A stretch of DNA of 64,000 nt. Origin: Lama glama. Its lineage: Eukaryota. The stretch lies in contig CM052817.1 in NCBI GenBank assembly GCA_028534125.1, positions 14,510,001 through 14,574,000 of the forward strand. The letters run 5' to 3'. Below are positions 11,511-24,970 of this stretch, one piece after another. The notes under the pieces are model-generated. The model had not been told where the DNA came from. It was given only the letters and a program-made list of their open reading frames with translations, and ran no database searches. Within the stretch, counting starts at the first letter, position 1. Each line of letters begins with the position of its first letter. Position numbers and translations under genes: made by a program.

Positions 11511-13953
11511 GTTACAGAACTCATTTTGCAAGGGCACATTGCAGATTCAAGAGAGTCTGTTTAGCCTCCAGGGCTGACTGACATTCTAAAGCGGGAGATG
11601 CTGATGAAGATGATTTGTTTTAAGCTAGCGCACATCACAAGTTGGTAGCAGCTAAGATTTAGACATTTCAGTTCATTCTCTTTAGGAAGTCAGACCACCT
11701 AGATGCCTATTAACCCCCCTAAAAAGAGAAAAAGAGATAGCATATACATCATGTATTCACAATTCTTAGACTAAGTAATCCAAACAAACCAGCAGAAAAT
11801 AATTAAAGAAATCACTTTACCATTTTTAAGTATAAGAGCAAGCAAGTTCAATATTTCAAGTAGCAATGCGTTTGACAATAGATGCAGGGTGGCATGACTA
11901 GACAACAGGGGCCAGGGAGAATGAGCACGTAGAGGAATTAATGCACGTGAGACTGCATTCCTCCTCTCCCACAGAACCCACCAGGGTGAACAGTGCCAAC
12001 GTGTCAGCAGGTGCATGTCCCCCCACCCCTGCAGCATAGCAGCACCTCAACTGCTGAGACAGCCTCACAAATAGAGAAGGAACTGAGTGCTTGATACATA
12101 GTAAGTGCTTAATACATGTTTGCTAGATTGGACTGAAAGACGAACAGTATTATATCTGAAATGATGGAATCAAAAAAAAAAAAAACCAAACATCTAAATT
12201 GTGAGATGAACATGACAACAGACTGCCTTTCACACTGAGGGCTGATAAGAAGAACTGATAGGCTTGGAACCAGCTCCAGGGTTGAGCAAGCTTATTTTCT
12301 TGGCATCCTGGCTGAGGCTGCTGACTGGAGTCACGGGAAATGTTCATCAGACCTTCACGGTACTCCTTCTGCTATGGAATGTTTCTGTTCCAAAACAGAT
12401 CCTGAGTTTTCTCTCGCCACCACCCACTGATGCATTAGGGGAAGCTCTACTGTCTACTTCTCAATTCACCTGCTTCTATACCAGTAAAAATGATGATGAT
12501 TTTGGAAATCATCATTCTAGTGAGTAGCTCAAGGACTCAGGTGTCATCCCATGTGCCAGTTCTGGTGGACTGGTTGTGGAAACTGGCCCTGCGTTGAGAA
12601 GGATTCTAAGGCTTCCTCTCGGCTCGGCAGAAAAGAGAATCGTTATCAGTTATGGAAGAAAAGGAAGTGGCATATACACCATCTATTTGTAATTCTTGAA
12701 CTAAGTAGTCCAAACAAAGAAACTGGCAGAAAATAACTGAATTAAAGAAATCACTTTGCCACTTTTACTGATAACAGCAAGCGAGTTCAATATTTTTAGC
12801 AGTGATAATAGATACAGGATGAAAGGACTAGACCATATACTTTTATAAAGAAGAGAAGGAAAGGAATTACTATTTTCACAACTCCAGTCTCAGAAAGTGT
12901 CCTGTAAGTAAATATCCCTATTCCCATCTCACTACTGAGGAAAGTACGGCTGAGGGAGAAAAGAAACTTGGTCACACAAGGTCGCACAGTTATTGTCAGG
13001 GTTAGGTCAGGGTCTGTTTGATGATAAAATGACCATGGACCATGCTGGATCCCTGAACACAGACACAGAAACTAGCACACACACACTTATATGTACATAT
13101 ATACATAGGAATACATACATGCCTGTACAGTGCAAACATCACATATCAAGAACATGATTTTGAAAAATCAAGAAGTAAAAAACAAACATCTCACAGACAA
13201 AGAGAAGCATTCTAAAGCTCCTTCCTATTGTAAGGTCCCTTGGGTTTTAATTCATATCCTATTGACTCTTAATTTACAAGCCATTCTAACAACTTGTCCA
13301 TCTGACCTTTCCTACATATAGGAAATTAGCTAGAAAAGCATACACAAGAAGAAAAAAAAATAGAGCAGATAATCAGCAATAAAGCTGGGGAAAAGGCATA
13401 CTATCTTACTGCCTATTATGATAATTATGAACATAAGAATAATGATTCGTTATCAAGGGAAGACTAACTTATATTCAATAGTCTGTCCAATAAGGCAACA
13501 ATGCATTTGAAGCATTTTTAAAAGGTTTCCATGAAATATTGTTAGTTTTTCTTGACTAATACTACAATATAGTCCTTGGAAAATTGACTGATGGAAAATG
13601 TGTTATCCTGTTGTGAAGGTCAGGCACAGAATTTAAATGAGATATTATTATGTAAAAGATACGGAGAATTTTTCTAGAGATAAAATATGAATGTTTTATA
13701 AACTCAACAAAATGTGGATAAACTTTCTGGGTTGGAAGCATGTGTCAGGTATTAAAGGCTGCTGTTTTCAATATAGCTTTTACTCCATTGTTCATAATGA
13801 AATACAACATTGAAAACTACAGATACTTGGGAACATCAGCCAATTCCATAAATTTTCTCACTCTGTGTCTGAGATAAAAGGGAAAGTTTTTTTTTTTTGG
13901 CTTGCTAACAGCTTAAAATTATAAATGAGTTTGAATGTCTCAGTCACTGCTAT

Positions 13954-13967
13954 TCAGTAGATGGCGA
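13954..13967 (+). promoter_or_regulatory. CTCF-like motif TCAGTAGATGGCGA
   Basis: Matches the CCASYAGRKGGCRS consensus at 12 of 14 positions. Confidence 0.4.
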
Positions 13968-13999
13968 GGTTCCCATGGACCTATGGTATCAAGACTCAC

Positions 14000-14063
14000 C
14001 TCAACAGGAAAAAGGTATGTACGTAATGATGGTTATAATCTCAAGGGATGAGAAAGGCATTTC
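14000..14063 (-). pseudogene. Relic 64-nt exon (NAFLIP*DYNHHYVHTFFLL)
   Basis: Near-consensus cttcttttctccAG acceptor and GAG|GTGAGT donor. Confidence 0.6.
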
Positions 14064-15499
14064 CTGGAGAAAAGAAGTATCTTGCCTAAAATTACACCAT
14101 TAGGAACAGACCACCTCTCCTGTTTCAGTGTGTCCATCTTTGTTGCCTCTGCCCCATCTGTTTTGTTCACCTCACACAAGTTACCCTGAAAGTCACAATG
14201 GATGGTCTAAAAGTGGAGAAATCATAAGACTCAGCCACAGAAGTCAAAAGCAAACCACCAACCAGCTCATTTTGAGACTTACAAAAGAAAGAGCAAATGA
14301 CTCACCACAAATTGCGTACTTAAAAGATGATTTCAGAAAGCAAGCACCCACTGGCCTGCAGTGCATTATCTCCCATTTGAATTCCCACCCCCAACCCCAC
14401 CCGACCCGAGCTTAAAATTATCCCTCCATTTCCATGGAACCACATATGCAATCTCATCCATCCAAATTTAAATGGATTTAATTCTAACAAACAGCCCCAG
14501 CGTAAATCCAGCCAGCCAGTCTGCTGGGCTGCCTTTGTTTTCCCGGTGTGACTAGGAATAGCCTGCTTGAAAGAGGCACAGCCTGAAAATTAAGAATGGG
14601 AACATTCTGCCCACTTTCTGTGCAGACACGAACACCCTCAGGGAGCGGCCCGATGGTTCCCCTTCTCTCTTCTACAGCGCACAGCTTCCCAGTACCCAGA
14701 TGTGATGCATTACATCATCCCCAGTGCCGACCACTGGTGTGTATTGTTAACTTTCTCTGGTTCTATTTTATCCCTCCTTCTGGGTCTCAGAAAACTGACC
14801 TTTGAGTCCTCTTCCTTTTGTTCCTGCTCTATCCTTTAGCCTACTTGGTGAGTAAAAGATAAAACAACACACAGAAGGATACACAGCATGACCGGGAAAA
14901 TGACTCATCTGGCCAAATAACCTGTCCCCTGGAAAATTACTGAGACTTGCCAATGCATATAGACATCCATTCCTAAAATACCACAGCAAAAATTAGGGGC
15001 TTTTCAACCTCTGGGGTCTGAAATGCTTCCACATTATCTTGATTATAAGTTCTAAAGTTTCAGCGCAAGAATCTGAGCAATAGTAACATCTTACGTGCTC
15101 TTCCCTATTATGTGCCAGTTTTTATGTACATTCTTATGTTCATTTTTCTGATGGGGGAATACTTAGCTTTCCTGCATTTTGGGAGTCTGTCCATCTAGTT
15201 TTTATTTATTCATTCTTTTTTTCATTCATTTGATTAATATTAATTGAGTCCTTTCTATGTGTTCGGTATCACGAGAGTCACTGGGGTGTAATAAGAAATA
15301 AATCAGACATAACCGCTGACTTCACAAAACTTAGAGATCAGCAGAAAAAGAAGACATAAAATAAAAAAGTCATTCAACAGTGTCATCATTCAATAACAAT
15401 GACAGGGAACTCCACAGTACTTTGAGCACATGTAACACAGAGAGCTTTTAAGAGATAAATTCACATTATCAGCCATATTAGCAGCTGAAAATATATACT

Positions 15500-15950
15500 A
15501 TTGTAGAAGTTTATTAGCCTTAGTCTGCAATGTTTTCAATAAAGGTGCATATCAAACTCTCACAAAACTCAAAAACTTACAACAACATTTTTTTCTCACG
15601 TATGCCTCTCAAAGTTGGCTGAGCTGGTTTCGTGTCAGTCTGGGAGTCTGCAGGTCAACCAGAGTGACTGAGCTGGGGATAAAAGGAGAGCTTCCTGCAA
15701 TACCTTCTTCTCATGGCAGTAGCAGAAGCCCAGGAGGGCAAGACAACTGTGTAGCAGGTTTTCAGACCCTGATTATACACATCCGCTAATATTCCTGTGG
15801 CCAAGCTCAAAGTCAAAGTTTGGGGAAATAGTTTGCACCCACCATGAAGCCAAGGAAGTGTATGAATGTACCATACTTCTACCACCATACCATGGGGAGA
15901 GGAGAACCAGGCCCAGTAATTCAATCGACTAGACTTAGTTTGCAAAATGC
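15500..15950. mobile_element. Old MaLR (MLT1-type) LTR
   Basis: acaacaacatttttttctcac...catccgctaatattcctgtggccaagc. Confidence 0.55.
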
Positions 15951-16379
15951 TAATGGTACCATTTACCTATTATACTGTTGTGATTAAACAGAAGTTAACA
16001 TTCTTAAGAATAAATGTGTATGAATATGATTTTTGGTTTCAAAAACTTCGAGTTCGTCGATAAAATATACATAGGACAGAGTGGGGAGGATCTGGCTCCT
16101 ACCTGGTCAGTCCTCTGGATTCACAAAGATATTCTCTGCTGTCATATTTGCATGAACGTATTCACTGGAGGAACTCCAAGGCATCCAGTGGGAAGAAGAA
16201 AAGAGCATCTTTTTTATCAAGGTAAGAAGAGACGAGGGGGCAGGAAGACCACAAATGAGGAGCTAGGCAGAGAGATACTTGTTCAGACTGGAGGAGGGCA
16301 AGGTGGGAAGTTCACAGAGAACAGATCTGAAACTTGACTCCTCAAAAGGAGCACTTAGAAAGCAGTTAAGGAAGGTCTT

Positions 16380-17440
16380 CAAAATGTTAGGCGGAGATTA
16401 TTTTCAACCTAGAATGTAAGTGAACCAAACGATCAATCAAGAGTGAGATTAGGATTAAGACATTTTGTGACGTGGATGCTCTCAAAAAGCTCTCTCTTAT
16501 GTACTCTTGCTAAAGAGAAAGATGAAAAGCTTGGGATATAGGAAACGAATGATCCAAACTGGTAGAAGCTAAAAGAAACCCCAGAACAAAAGTGAAAGGC
16601 GATCCCAGGATGACAGGTGTGACAGAGACATGCAAAGTGACCAGTAAATACTGGAGGAGTCCCAGAATCCCCAGGAAAGATTTCTTAAGGATGATGAAAT
16701 CAATAGACTATGAGATGCACCTAAATGCCAAGAGGGAAGAATCAGACAACTTTGACAATGTGGGGTTAAATTACTCACATGAAAAAACAAGACAAGCATC
16801 AATACAGGGGAAATATTCTGCAGAAAAGGAAAAGTAATCATATATTACATGGCTCAGCTCTGAAAAAAATATTTACACAATACTTTCAACTGCACTCATG
16901 ATTCTAAAAACTTTATGTGTTAATTCATTTAATCTTCATACCGAGTTTGTGAGGTGGGTACTAGCATTTCCCCATGTTATGGGTGAGGCAACTCAAGCAC
17001 ACAGAACTTGGACATTTGTCCAAGGTCACACAGCTGGTGAGTGATAAAGGTGCACTTTGAACACAGGCATTTGGCTCCATATTCCATGCTCTTATGCACC
17101 TCTAGTCATAATAATGCATTTTTTGAATATTGCTAGAACCAAAATTCCGAGTCTGGGTATTGGAAAGATACGGAAAAGGAAAAGGAAAATGTGTGGTGAG
17201 GGCAGTAAGGAGGAAAAGAGTGCTGAAAGTGGGAAGTCAACAAAACTTAAAAAAAAAAAGTAATTTAATATGCTCCTAAGAGCACTGAATGATAATACCA
17301 AAATAATCAGCTAAAAGAGGAAGTGGTTTCTATCACAGAGAAATGAAGTACAAGAGGGTAGGGAATGGCTGTTGTTTATAACCAATCTTGTAGCACTAGT
17401 TGACTCTTCAAATTCTAAACATGTTTAACTTTGATAAAAA
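16380..17440 (+). mobile_element. Old L1 (ORF1-side) fragments with a MIR insertion (~16880-17110, minus)
   Basis: ttttcaacctagaat...atcaatcaagagtgag L1 motif and MIR ccaaggtcacacagctggt. Confidence 0.55.
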
Positions 17441-18559
17441 CAGAAAAGGAGGAGAAGGTGGAGGAGGAGAAAGCAGGCAGTAGAGCCGTGCTGTCTCCTA
17501 TTGGTGGGAAATTCTCCCCCCACTCACCCCAGGGACTGTTAATTACTGTGGGAATGACATTGTACTTGATGTAGTTCGCTGGACAGAGCACAGCAGAGCC
17601 AGATTCCAGCCTGGTTATGCTGACCAGCTGTGTGATCCTGGCCACAACATTTCCCTTTTCTTCCACAGTCCCAGCTTTATTGCCTGCACGAGGGGATGTT
17701 GAACTAGAAAGTCTCTAGATTCTTTTCATAGCATCTTTTTGATAATATCCAGCACATAAATGAGCGGAGGCCAGATTGAGGAGATCAAAGCCAGTAGGAC
17801 AGCAAACTCTGAGGCAAAGATGGAAAATTACAGCAGCTTCCCCCAGAATCTATCCATCCCTCCATCTCCACCCACCTCTTTCTCTAACATCTCTCTTGGA
17901 TCCTAATGAGTATGTGAGGCTTCCCTCGGTTCCTATCAGCGCTCTCCAGTGGTGGTCCTTCCAATCTGGTCCTCTAGGGCTGTATTATCTGTTGCCACCA
18001 CCTCTGAGCTAAACCCTCAGAGATCCTGATTTTACCCAGCCTGATAAGGTTCTTTAATTCAGTGGTTCTTAACACTGATGAATCAAAAATACATCTTAAA
18101 ATCCTATGAAGACTATGGACTCTTTGAAGAAGAGAACCACATGTACTAAAAATTCTGCTGTTAAAGACCTTTTGAAGCCTGTCATTAAATTCCATAATGA
18201 GTATAGTGATTTAGGGGCTAATAACAATAAATCCTTAAATTTGAATGACAATTTTTAATTTATAAAGCAATTTTACATCATTAGCACAATAGGGCTTTTC
18301 TCCAAGTAGAATGCAGAAAATCATTCCCATTATAGTTTTAGCTTCATTGTTGTGTTGGGCACATTTACACAGAGATGTTATTTTTTTTATCACAACAGTC
18401 TGAGCAAGTTCCTTAATCCCACTTTTGAGATGAGAAAAGTTGGGCTCAGACAAAAATATGTTTTTAGTGAACAATGAGTTACTTTATCAAACAGACATAA
18501 GTCAGGTGGCACTAACAAAGTCAAGTCTATTTCTCTTTCCAAGCACATTACAAGGTGAG

Positions 18560-19200
18560 AATGAAGGCTCCTATCTGAGGAAGACATCTCAGCAATTCCC
18601 ATGACTGGGCACCCAACATGTGGCCTTCAAGGTGATTTAACTCACTACTGCTTCTAGGCAGTGAAGGGAATAGAAAAGGCAAGTCTAGGGCAAACATCTT
18701 TTAAGCAGATGAGATGCAAGTCACACACCATCACTTCTGCTTGCCACTAGTGAGCATTATGGGCTGAACTGTGTCCCTTCCAAAATCCATTTGTTGAGGT
18801 CCTAACCTCAATACCTCAGAATGTGACTTTAAATCAAAGCAAAGTCATTAGAATGGGCCCTAATCCAATATGAGTGACCAACCTTTAAGAGGAAATTTTG
18901 ACAGAGAGACACACAGAAGGAAGAGGATATAAAGACACAGGAAGGAGAAGATGGTCATCTTCCAGCCAAGGAGAGAGGCCTTCTAAGAAACCAGCCCTGC
19001 CAACACCTTGATCTTGGACTTCTAGACTTCAGCATAGTAAGAAAATGCACTTCTGTTGCTTGAGTCACCTAGTCTTGGTACTTGGTTACACTAGTCCTAG
19101 AAAACTCATACAAACACTTTGGTCACATGGCCATTTGTAATAAGCTCCTACAGGCTGTGTGCCCAGGAGGAAGGGACAAACAGACACAGTGATAAACAAG
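18560..19200. mobile_element. Old MLT1 LTR interrupted by a younger MLT1B/C-type LTR (~18758-19112)
   Basis: ttatgggctgaactgtgtccc...gccaacaccttgatcttggacttctag...ctagaaaactcataca sits between halves of catcacttctg.../ggtcacatggcca. Confidence 0.7.
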
Positions 19201-19412
19201 AGTCTCCATCCACCACATTGAATAGTTTACTTCAGGTCATGTAGCTTTAGGTAGAAAGCAAATTCTTCAAATCCAGGTCTTCTGGTTTAACTTCCTCCCA
19301 CCAACACTGCATTAAAATGTTGGCTCTGGTCTTTACTACCTAGATACAAAGCGAAAATAATTTTTAAGGAAAAAAAATAATAAAGAAAAGATGCTTGGAA
19401 TCTTAAAATCAC

Positions 19413-19665
19413 CATATTCAAGTTATCTTTCTCTTCTGCCTCCAGGAATGATTAATTTTGCTGTGGGGTGATGGATTTTGCCAGGCAGTCAGATCCCCTG
19501 AACCTGCTAGAGAAGTTCCTAAAAATGTATCTCTGTAGAAAGTAAATTCTCTTCTATGTTCTGCTAGTTTTCTTCTGAACAGCACTCTTCCCTTTATGCC
19601 GTGGTTAGAACCGTTTTCAAGTTGATTGCTGCTGTGATCTTCTGTGTAACTCTATTTTAAGCTGT
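19413..19665 (-). pseudogene. Relic exon (DSLK*SYTEDHSSNQLENGSNHGIKGRVLFRRKLAEHRREFTFYRDTFLGTSLAG...)
   Basis: ttcattctgttgcAG acceptor, ATG|GTGATT donor, purine-rich, more than 70 codons open. Confidence 0.55.
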
Positions 19666-20119
19666 CTGCAACAGAATGAACTCTTAAGGTACTACTTCAA
19701 GAAGTGAAAAAGGAAAGATTTAATCCTGTAGTCCAGATTGGACCTGAAATTAGAGAATCTCTAATATTTGGAGTTGGGAAAAATAAAAGACAACTATGGA
19801 AAACATACAAGATAATACTTAATTTCTAAAATAGTTCAAAGTAGATCAAAGCATGACTATGTGAGGATAAGATTCTGTGTCTTCATGAACATAAACTAGC
19901 TAGTGTAAGCCTCCCTGGTGAGGTCAAAACACAGAGGAGCCTTTTCAGTACAACTGGAACAACCGGGATGATTCAATTATGCTGGTAGATTATGTAATAC
20001 ATTGCCCTTCTTGCTTTATTACCTAAGACATGGTTCTGAAACTTGATTGCTTATGAGAGTTTGGGCAGTTAACATACAGTAGTGCAACAGGCTCCATTTT
20101 TAGTTAAAAGTCATACATT

Positions 20120-20930
20120 TCTTTATTCAATAAACATTTATTACTTAACATGTGACACGTACTGTTATAGGTAGTAAAGATGAAGTCTTTACCCCTGTGG
20201 AGCAGCTTATAAGTGATAAGCAAAAGTGCTAAATTAAAAAAATAAGCTATGGTGTCAAGTCAGTTACCTATGCGCCATAAGGTTTAATAAAACAGAGTAA
20301 GGAAGTACTCGTGAGTGTTGTGGGGGTCACTAAATAGGAGATTGGGGAAGGCTTCTCTAAGGAGATGATTTTTGAGCAGAGATATGAATGACTTGACATT
20401 TCTGGGGGAACTACTTTCCAGGAGGAGGGACAATCAAGTGTAAGGGCTCCGAGTGGGGAGCATCCTGGTCACACTCAATGAACGGGGAAGGAGTCAGTAT
20501 CAGGGAGACCGCAGTAGGAGCTGGCACTGGAAGAGATAAGTGGGGCAAGTCCCTGGAAGCCCAGAGGCGGGCAAAGCCTATGATTTTACTTTACTTGAGA
20601 CTAAAAACCTCTGGTGGGTTCTGAGTCAGGGAGAAATCTTATTTAAATTTTGGTTTCAGGGCAAGAGAGAGCAGAGAAAAGCCCACTGATGGAGCCCACT
20701 GACAAAAATCAGTAGTCCACAGACTAGGATGAGGGCAGTAATGGTGGAACAGAAGGATAGGGTCCATGACACATGTTGAAGGTAGACTCTGAGGGATTGC
20801 TGAAATAAGGGATGAAGAGGGTCAGAAGAGAAGTGTGAAGAACAACTCCAGTTTGGGGATGTTGAGCAGTTTGGTGAACGCTGGTGTCTTTTAGATAAAA
20901 CGAGCAGGGAGACGGTGGCAAACCAGAGCG
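20120..20930 (-). mobile_element. L2 LINE
   Basis: ttattcaataaacatttatt...gaaggcttctctaaggagatga... Confidence 0.75.
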
Positions 20931-21662
20931 TACCCTCATCTGGGGTGGGGGAGCAATGATTTAGCTCAGAAAGCAGAAGGCTCTTTCCTCTATGACATGT
21001 AATAATTATCCTTGCTGCTTCAAAGATACGTTACAATCCAGTGCTCCTCTCTCTACTGAACCAGCTTCAGTTACACTGGTCCTAAGTTAACCATAAACTT
21101 ATTTAAGATTTCAGGCAAATGTCAGTAACTGGTGTCATGTTTGGCTGAAGAGGAGTAAGTTTTTCTCTCTACCATTCACCACATTGACAGGTGAAGAATG
21201 TCTACAACTTGGGTGTGGCTGCCCTCACCCACCCAGGCTCCCACCTCCTTGTTTTCAGTCTGCTCTCAAAGCCCCAGTTCTTTTGCTGACTCTACTCTTA
21301 GCCTCTGAGTCTAGAAGAGAACTGATAGATCATCTGGCCTTTTTCTCTGCTGCCTGTACCCATGGGAGTCGCTAGAAAGCATTTTAGGGTATAGGTGGGA
21401 GTTGTGAGAACAGGCATATTACAACTGCTCTTGGGGGAAATCAAACCATGCAGTGAAGGGGTGCGATGGCTGCAAACTTCTCTCTCCCCACATCTACCAT
21501 CCCCACTTTTTTTTTCTTTTCTGAAATGGCTATAGAGGGTCATTTTTGTTTATTCCTAAATTTCAGCTAGAAATTGACACCACAGCCTCAGAGATACTAC
21601 CCATGCAGATAATAAGGCCTCGGGTCAATATGTCAATTGCATACTTTTCAAAAAGTGATTAC

Positions 21663-21719
21663 CATTTTGTTCAGTTTATCCTGATGGAAACATGAGATGC
21701 CATCAAACTTCTAGAAGAC
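21663..21719 (-). pseudogene. Candidate relic exon (LLEV*WHLMFPSG*TEQN)
   Basis: gtttcAG acceptor, ATG|GTAATC donor. Phase 1-1 bridges the neighbours. Confidence 0.35.
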
Positions 21720-22071
21720 CTGAAACCATTCAACCAATTTCAACTAGGCCTCAGTACTGAGAACTAAGCTAGTCCATTTCCTCATTTCTTTCATTAAAAT
21801 GATAATTAAAGCATCTCTACTCTTAAATGATTGAACCCATGCTGATTTTAGTGCCTGTGGCTGAAATAAAATCAACCAAAAGAAAATGTATGGCTGTTGA
21901 CAAAAGCCCTTTGGGGTTACATCTATACACAACTTTGCCATCTTAATTAAATACATGTGAATATGGAAAAAGGGTAGTCAAAACTCCTCAAATAAAAAAT
22001 GCCAAACTGTGAGTTATGAATCTGATCACAGTAATATTACAAAATTGATTTTTCTTCTTCATAAAGCTTAC

Positions 22072-22270
22072 TTTTCCATGACCCAATTTCAGAGAGCATA
22101 CAAATTTATGGTTCAATTTGATTTGATTTAGCTATGGTCATTAAAGGGACCACAAATTTGCCATTAATCATGGATTATATTCAATCAGCTCTCAAGGTGA
22201 CTTATGTTTTCTCACTACTTGCAATGTTACTATCTGCCAAACAGGCTTCCTGGCACGAAACAGCATTTCT
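22072..22270 (-). pseudogene. Relic exon (RNAVSCQEACLADSNIASSEKT*...SEIGSWK)
   Basis: cttacAG acceptor, AAA|GTAAGC donor, phase 0-1, four stops. Confidence 0.4.
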
Positions 22271-22791
22271 CTGTAAGTAGCTGATGAGTTCAGTTCAAAT
22301 TCAGTTCAAAATGTATTAAGTTCTTATTGATTACACTTTCGAATACTTTTGCTTTTAAAGACCTAGAGCTTTATGGACTAGAGACGTGTTTGGATCTCTG
22401 ATGCTAAGAGATGAAGAAAGGTTTTTGTTGGTGCTGTGGTGACAGAATGGTAAATTCTCCAAATGACCCCCACCCCAGTTTCTTTGTTTGAATTATTCTC
22501 TGTAAAGAAAGCTTTTACTTTTCTACCCTAACTTAGCACAATGTTCTTTCAAACCATCTTTTCTTATGTTGACAAAGGGAACAGCCTGAAGGCAGGGCCC
22601 ACATGTCATTCATCTTAATATCCCCAGTCTTTTGTGCCTGATGCACAGAAGACACTTCCTCTGTGTAGAGAGATTTTGTATATTCTGTGAGTGACATAGT
22701 ATGTATTGAGTCTTAGCATCCATTTCCACCTCCTTTTATGTCCTTCCCACCCTGTACTGGATAGGATGGAAAGCTAAAAACAATATATTAC

Positions 22792-23007
22792 ATCCTCTGT
22801 CACAATTATATCCTCTGTAGCTATGGTTGTAAATACAGTGGAGGTTCTGCCACTAAGAGCCAGAAATGCAAGACTTGGAATCATAAGGGGAGCAGAATTT
22901 GCCTCTTGCACAGCGGACGAGTAAGCCTGACAGATGTGGATATTCACAGCAGCTGAACTCCACTCACTGTGGTCCAATGTCTAATCTTGCAGATGCAGCA
23001 GCACTGC
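22792..23007 (-). pseudogene. Relic exon (AVLLHLQD*TLDHSEWSSAAVNIHICQAYSSAVQEANSAPLMIP...TED)
   Basis: caacAG acceptor, GAT|GTAATA donor, 72 codons with one stop, phase 0-0. Confidence 0.5.
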
Positions 23008-23833
23008 CTGTTGATCACAGATACGGACGCATAATCACAAAACCGGAAGTCTTAACTTGCGCTCTTTCACCCTTAATCTAATTCCTGATACAAAATCCTT
23101 CCCTTGGCCCTGCACTGAACTGCAAGATACCCAGGCTGTTTTTCTCTCTCTGGGATGTCCTCCTCAACATTTTTGCATGGCAAACCCGTATGTCTTCCTT
23201 GGTGGCCCAGTCCTTATATCCATCTATGATATAGTTTTCTTAGACCCTTTCTCCACTCTGCCCCATCGAGGACTTATCATGTCCTTATCTGATATTATCA
23301 CTCAACACATTTTAACGTGGGTTTTTGTTTGTATGTTTGGCTCCCCCGACAAGCTGTGAGGTTTTCCAAGTCAGAGAAAACATCTTGCTCGTGTTTGTAT
23401 TCCCAACACCTAATGAAGTCACTGGTTTACAAGATATACTGAATGGTTATTAATTTGAATTTAAAGCTTATAGGTTCTGGTTCTATAATGTGGATAACAT
23501 CCCCTCTATAATATTCAACACTCAACAGTCAATAAACATTGGTCATAGTGAGTTATTCAATCACCACCATCATTCTCGTCTCCGTTAAGAATCACTTGAA
23601 TGTATTCAACATTTGGAAGTTAAAGAGTCTATATTAATGTATGCTGGATCCTGAAGGTGGCAGAGATATTCCAAGGCAAGGGGACAGCGTGTGCAAAGGT
23701 GGGAGGTGGGAAGAAGTGCACAGCACTCGAAGAACCACAATTATCTGGCACCACTAGAGTGTCCAGGGGGAAAGAAGCAGTGTCCAGCATGATGGCAGGA
23801 TGTGCTCACCAGTCTGGGGCTACTTTAAGTCAC

Positions 23834-24001
23834 CGTAAGTGAGGCCTTGAGCAATGACTCCAATTGTGCTAATAATTGTTTTTCTCAGCGATCAATGTAT
23901 GGGTTCAAGAGTCCAGTGCAAGAGCTATTTGTTCACCAGGATGGCTGCCAGGAGAATGTGCTTATCTTGGCTCTTCTCTCATGTAAACCATTAGGTGACA
24001 T
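23834..24001 (-). pseudogene. Candidate relic exon, frame ambiguous (...EKQLLAQLESLLKASLT)
   Basis: ttttttcttaatgctgtaaAG acceptor, ACG|GTGACT donor, 168 nt. Confidence 0.4.
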
Positions 24002-24544
24002 CTTTACAGCATTAAGAAAAAAAGAGGTCCCAAATGCTGATATTAAGTTATATAGAGTCTTACTGACGCCCAAGAAGTTTTATGATTTAGCATTGCTCTC
24101 ATTATATTTAAGGCCAAGTTCTTGAACTGGTAGACACAAAATCCATAGGAAAAACATGACACATCTTCCTGGAGTATTCATTACATTCAAGCATGAAGAA
24201 ACTGTAAATATAATTTTTATATTCAAACCAACAGTTACATTATGGAGTAAAATGTTAAACTAGCTGAATTTTTAAAATAAGACATGAGACTTTAAGGCAA
24301 TTTCTTTCCCATTCTTCCCCAAATGCACAGAAAATAGGTGGTCAGGAATCCTTAGAGGTTTTTGCAAACTGTGAAGGAAGGCTGGACTCTTTTGTTTCAT
24401 GGATTGAGAGAATTAACTTCACCAAGTCTGACCCTTTGGACCCTGGGTTTCTTCTTTACAAAATAAGAAACAATGGTATATTGCCTGCCTACCTACCTCA
24501 CTGACCCGGGTTTTTTTTCCTCATGACTGAAGCATTTTTAATAC

Positions 24545-24970
24545 CTTTTTTTTTTAACACCTTTATTTTAGTATGGTTCCTGTATGGTAAACTACACATA
24601 TTTCAAATGTACAATTTGATGCATTTTGATAGATGTATACACCTACAAAACCACTACCACAATCAAGATAGCTAACATTTCCATCACTCTCCAGGAGGAT
24701 CAATTTTTGAATTCCCAATTTATCCCTTTACCCCCAAGTAACCATAAGCTTATTCTCTAAGTCTGTGAGTCTGTTTCTGTTTTGTAGATAAGTTCATTTT
24801 TAGTTTCAATATACAAGCAATATATGGCATTTTTCTTTTTCTTTCTGGCTTACTTCACTTAGAATGATGATCTCCAGGTCTGTCCACACTGCTGCAAATG
24901 GTATTATTTTATTCTTTTTCATGGCTGAGTAGTGTTCTGTTGTGAATATATATACCACATCTTTTTTTAT
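24545..24970 (-). mobile_element. Two L1 3' UTR fragments (antisense)
   Basis: Poly-T start; gtacaatttgatg..., ctgtgagtctgtttctgttttgtagataagttcattt..., ggctgagtagt. Confidence 0.75.

Noticed and set aside
22774..22977. Cadherin-like look of VNIHI...NSAP...IVTED
   Set aside because: Lacks DxNDNxP/DxD calcium-binding motifs and is not repeated.
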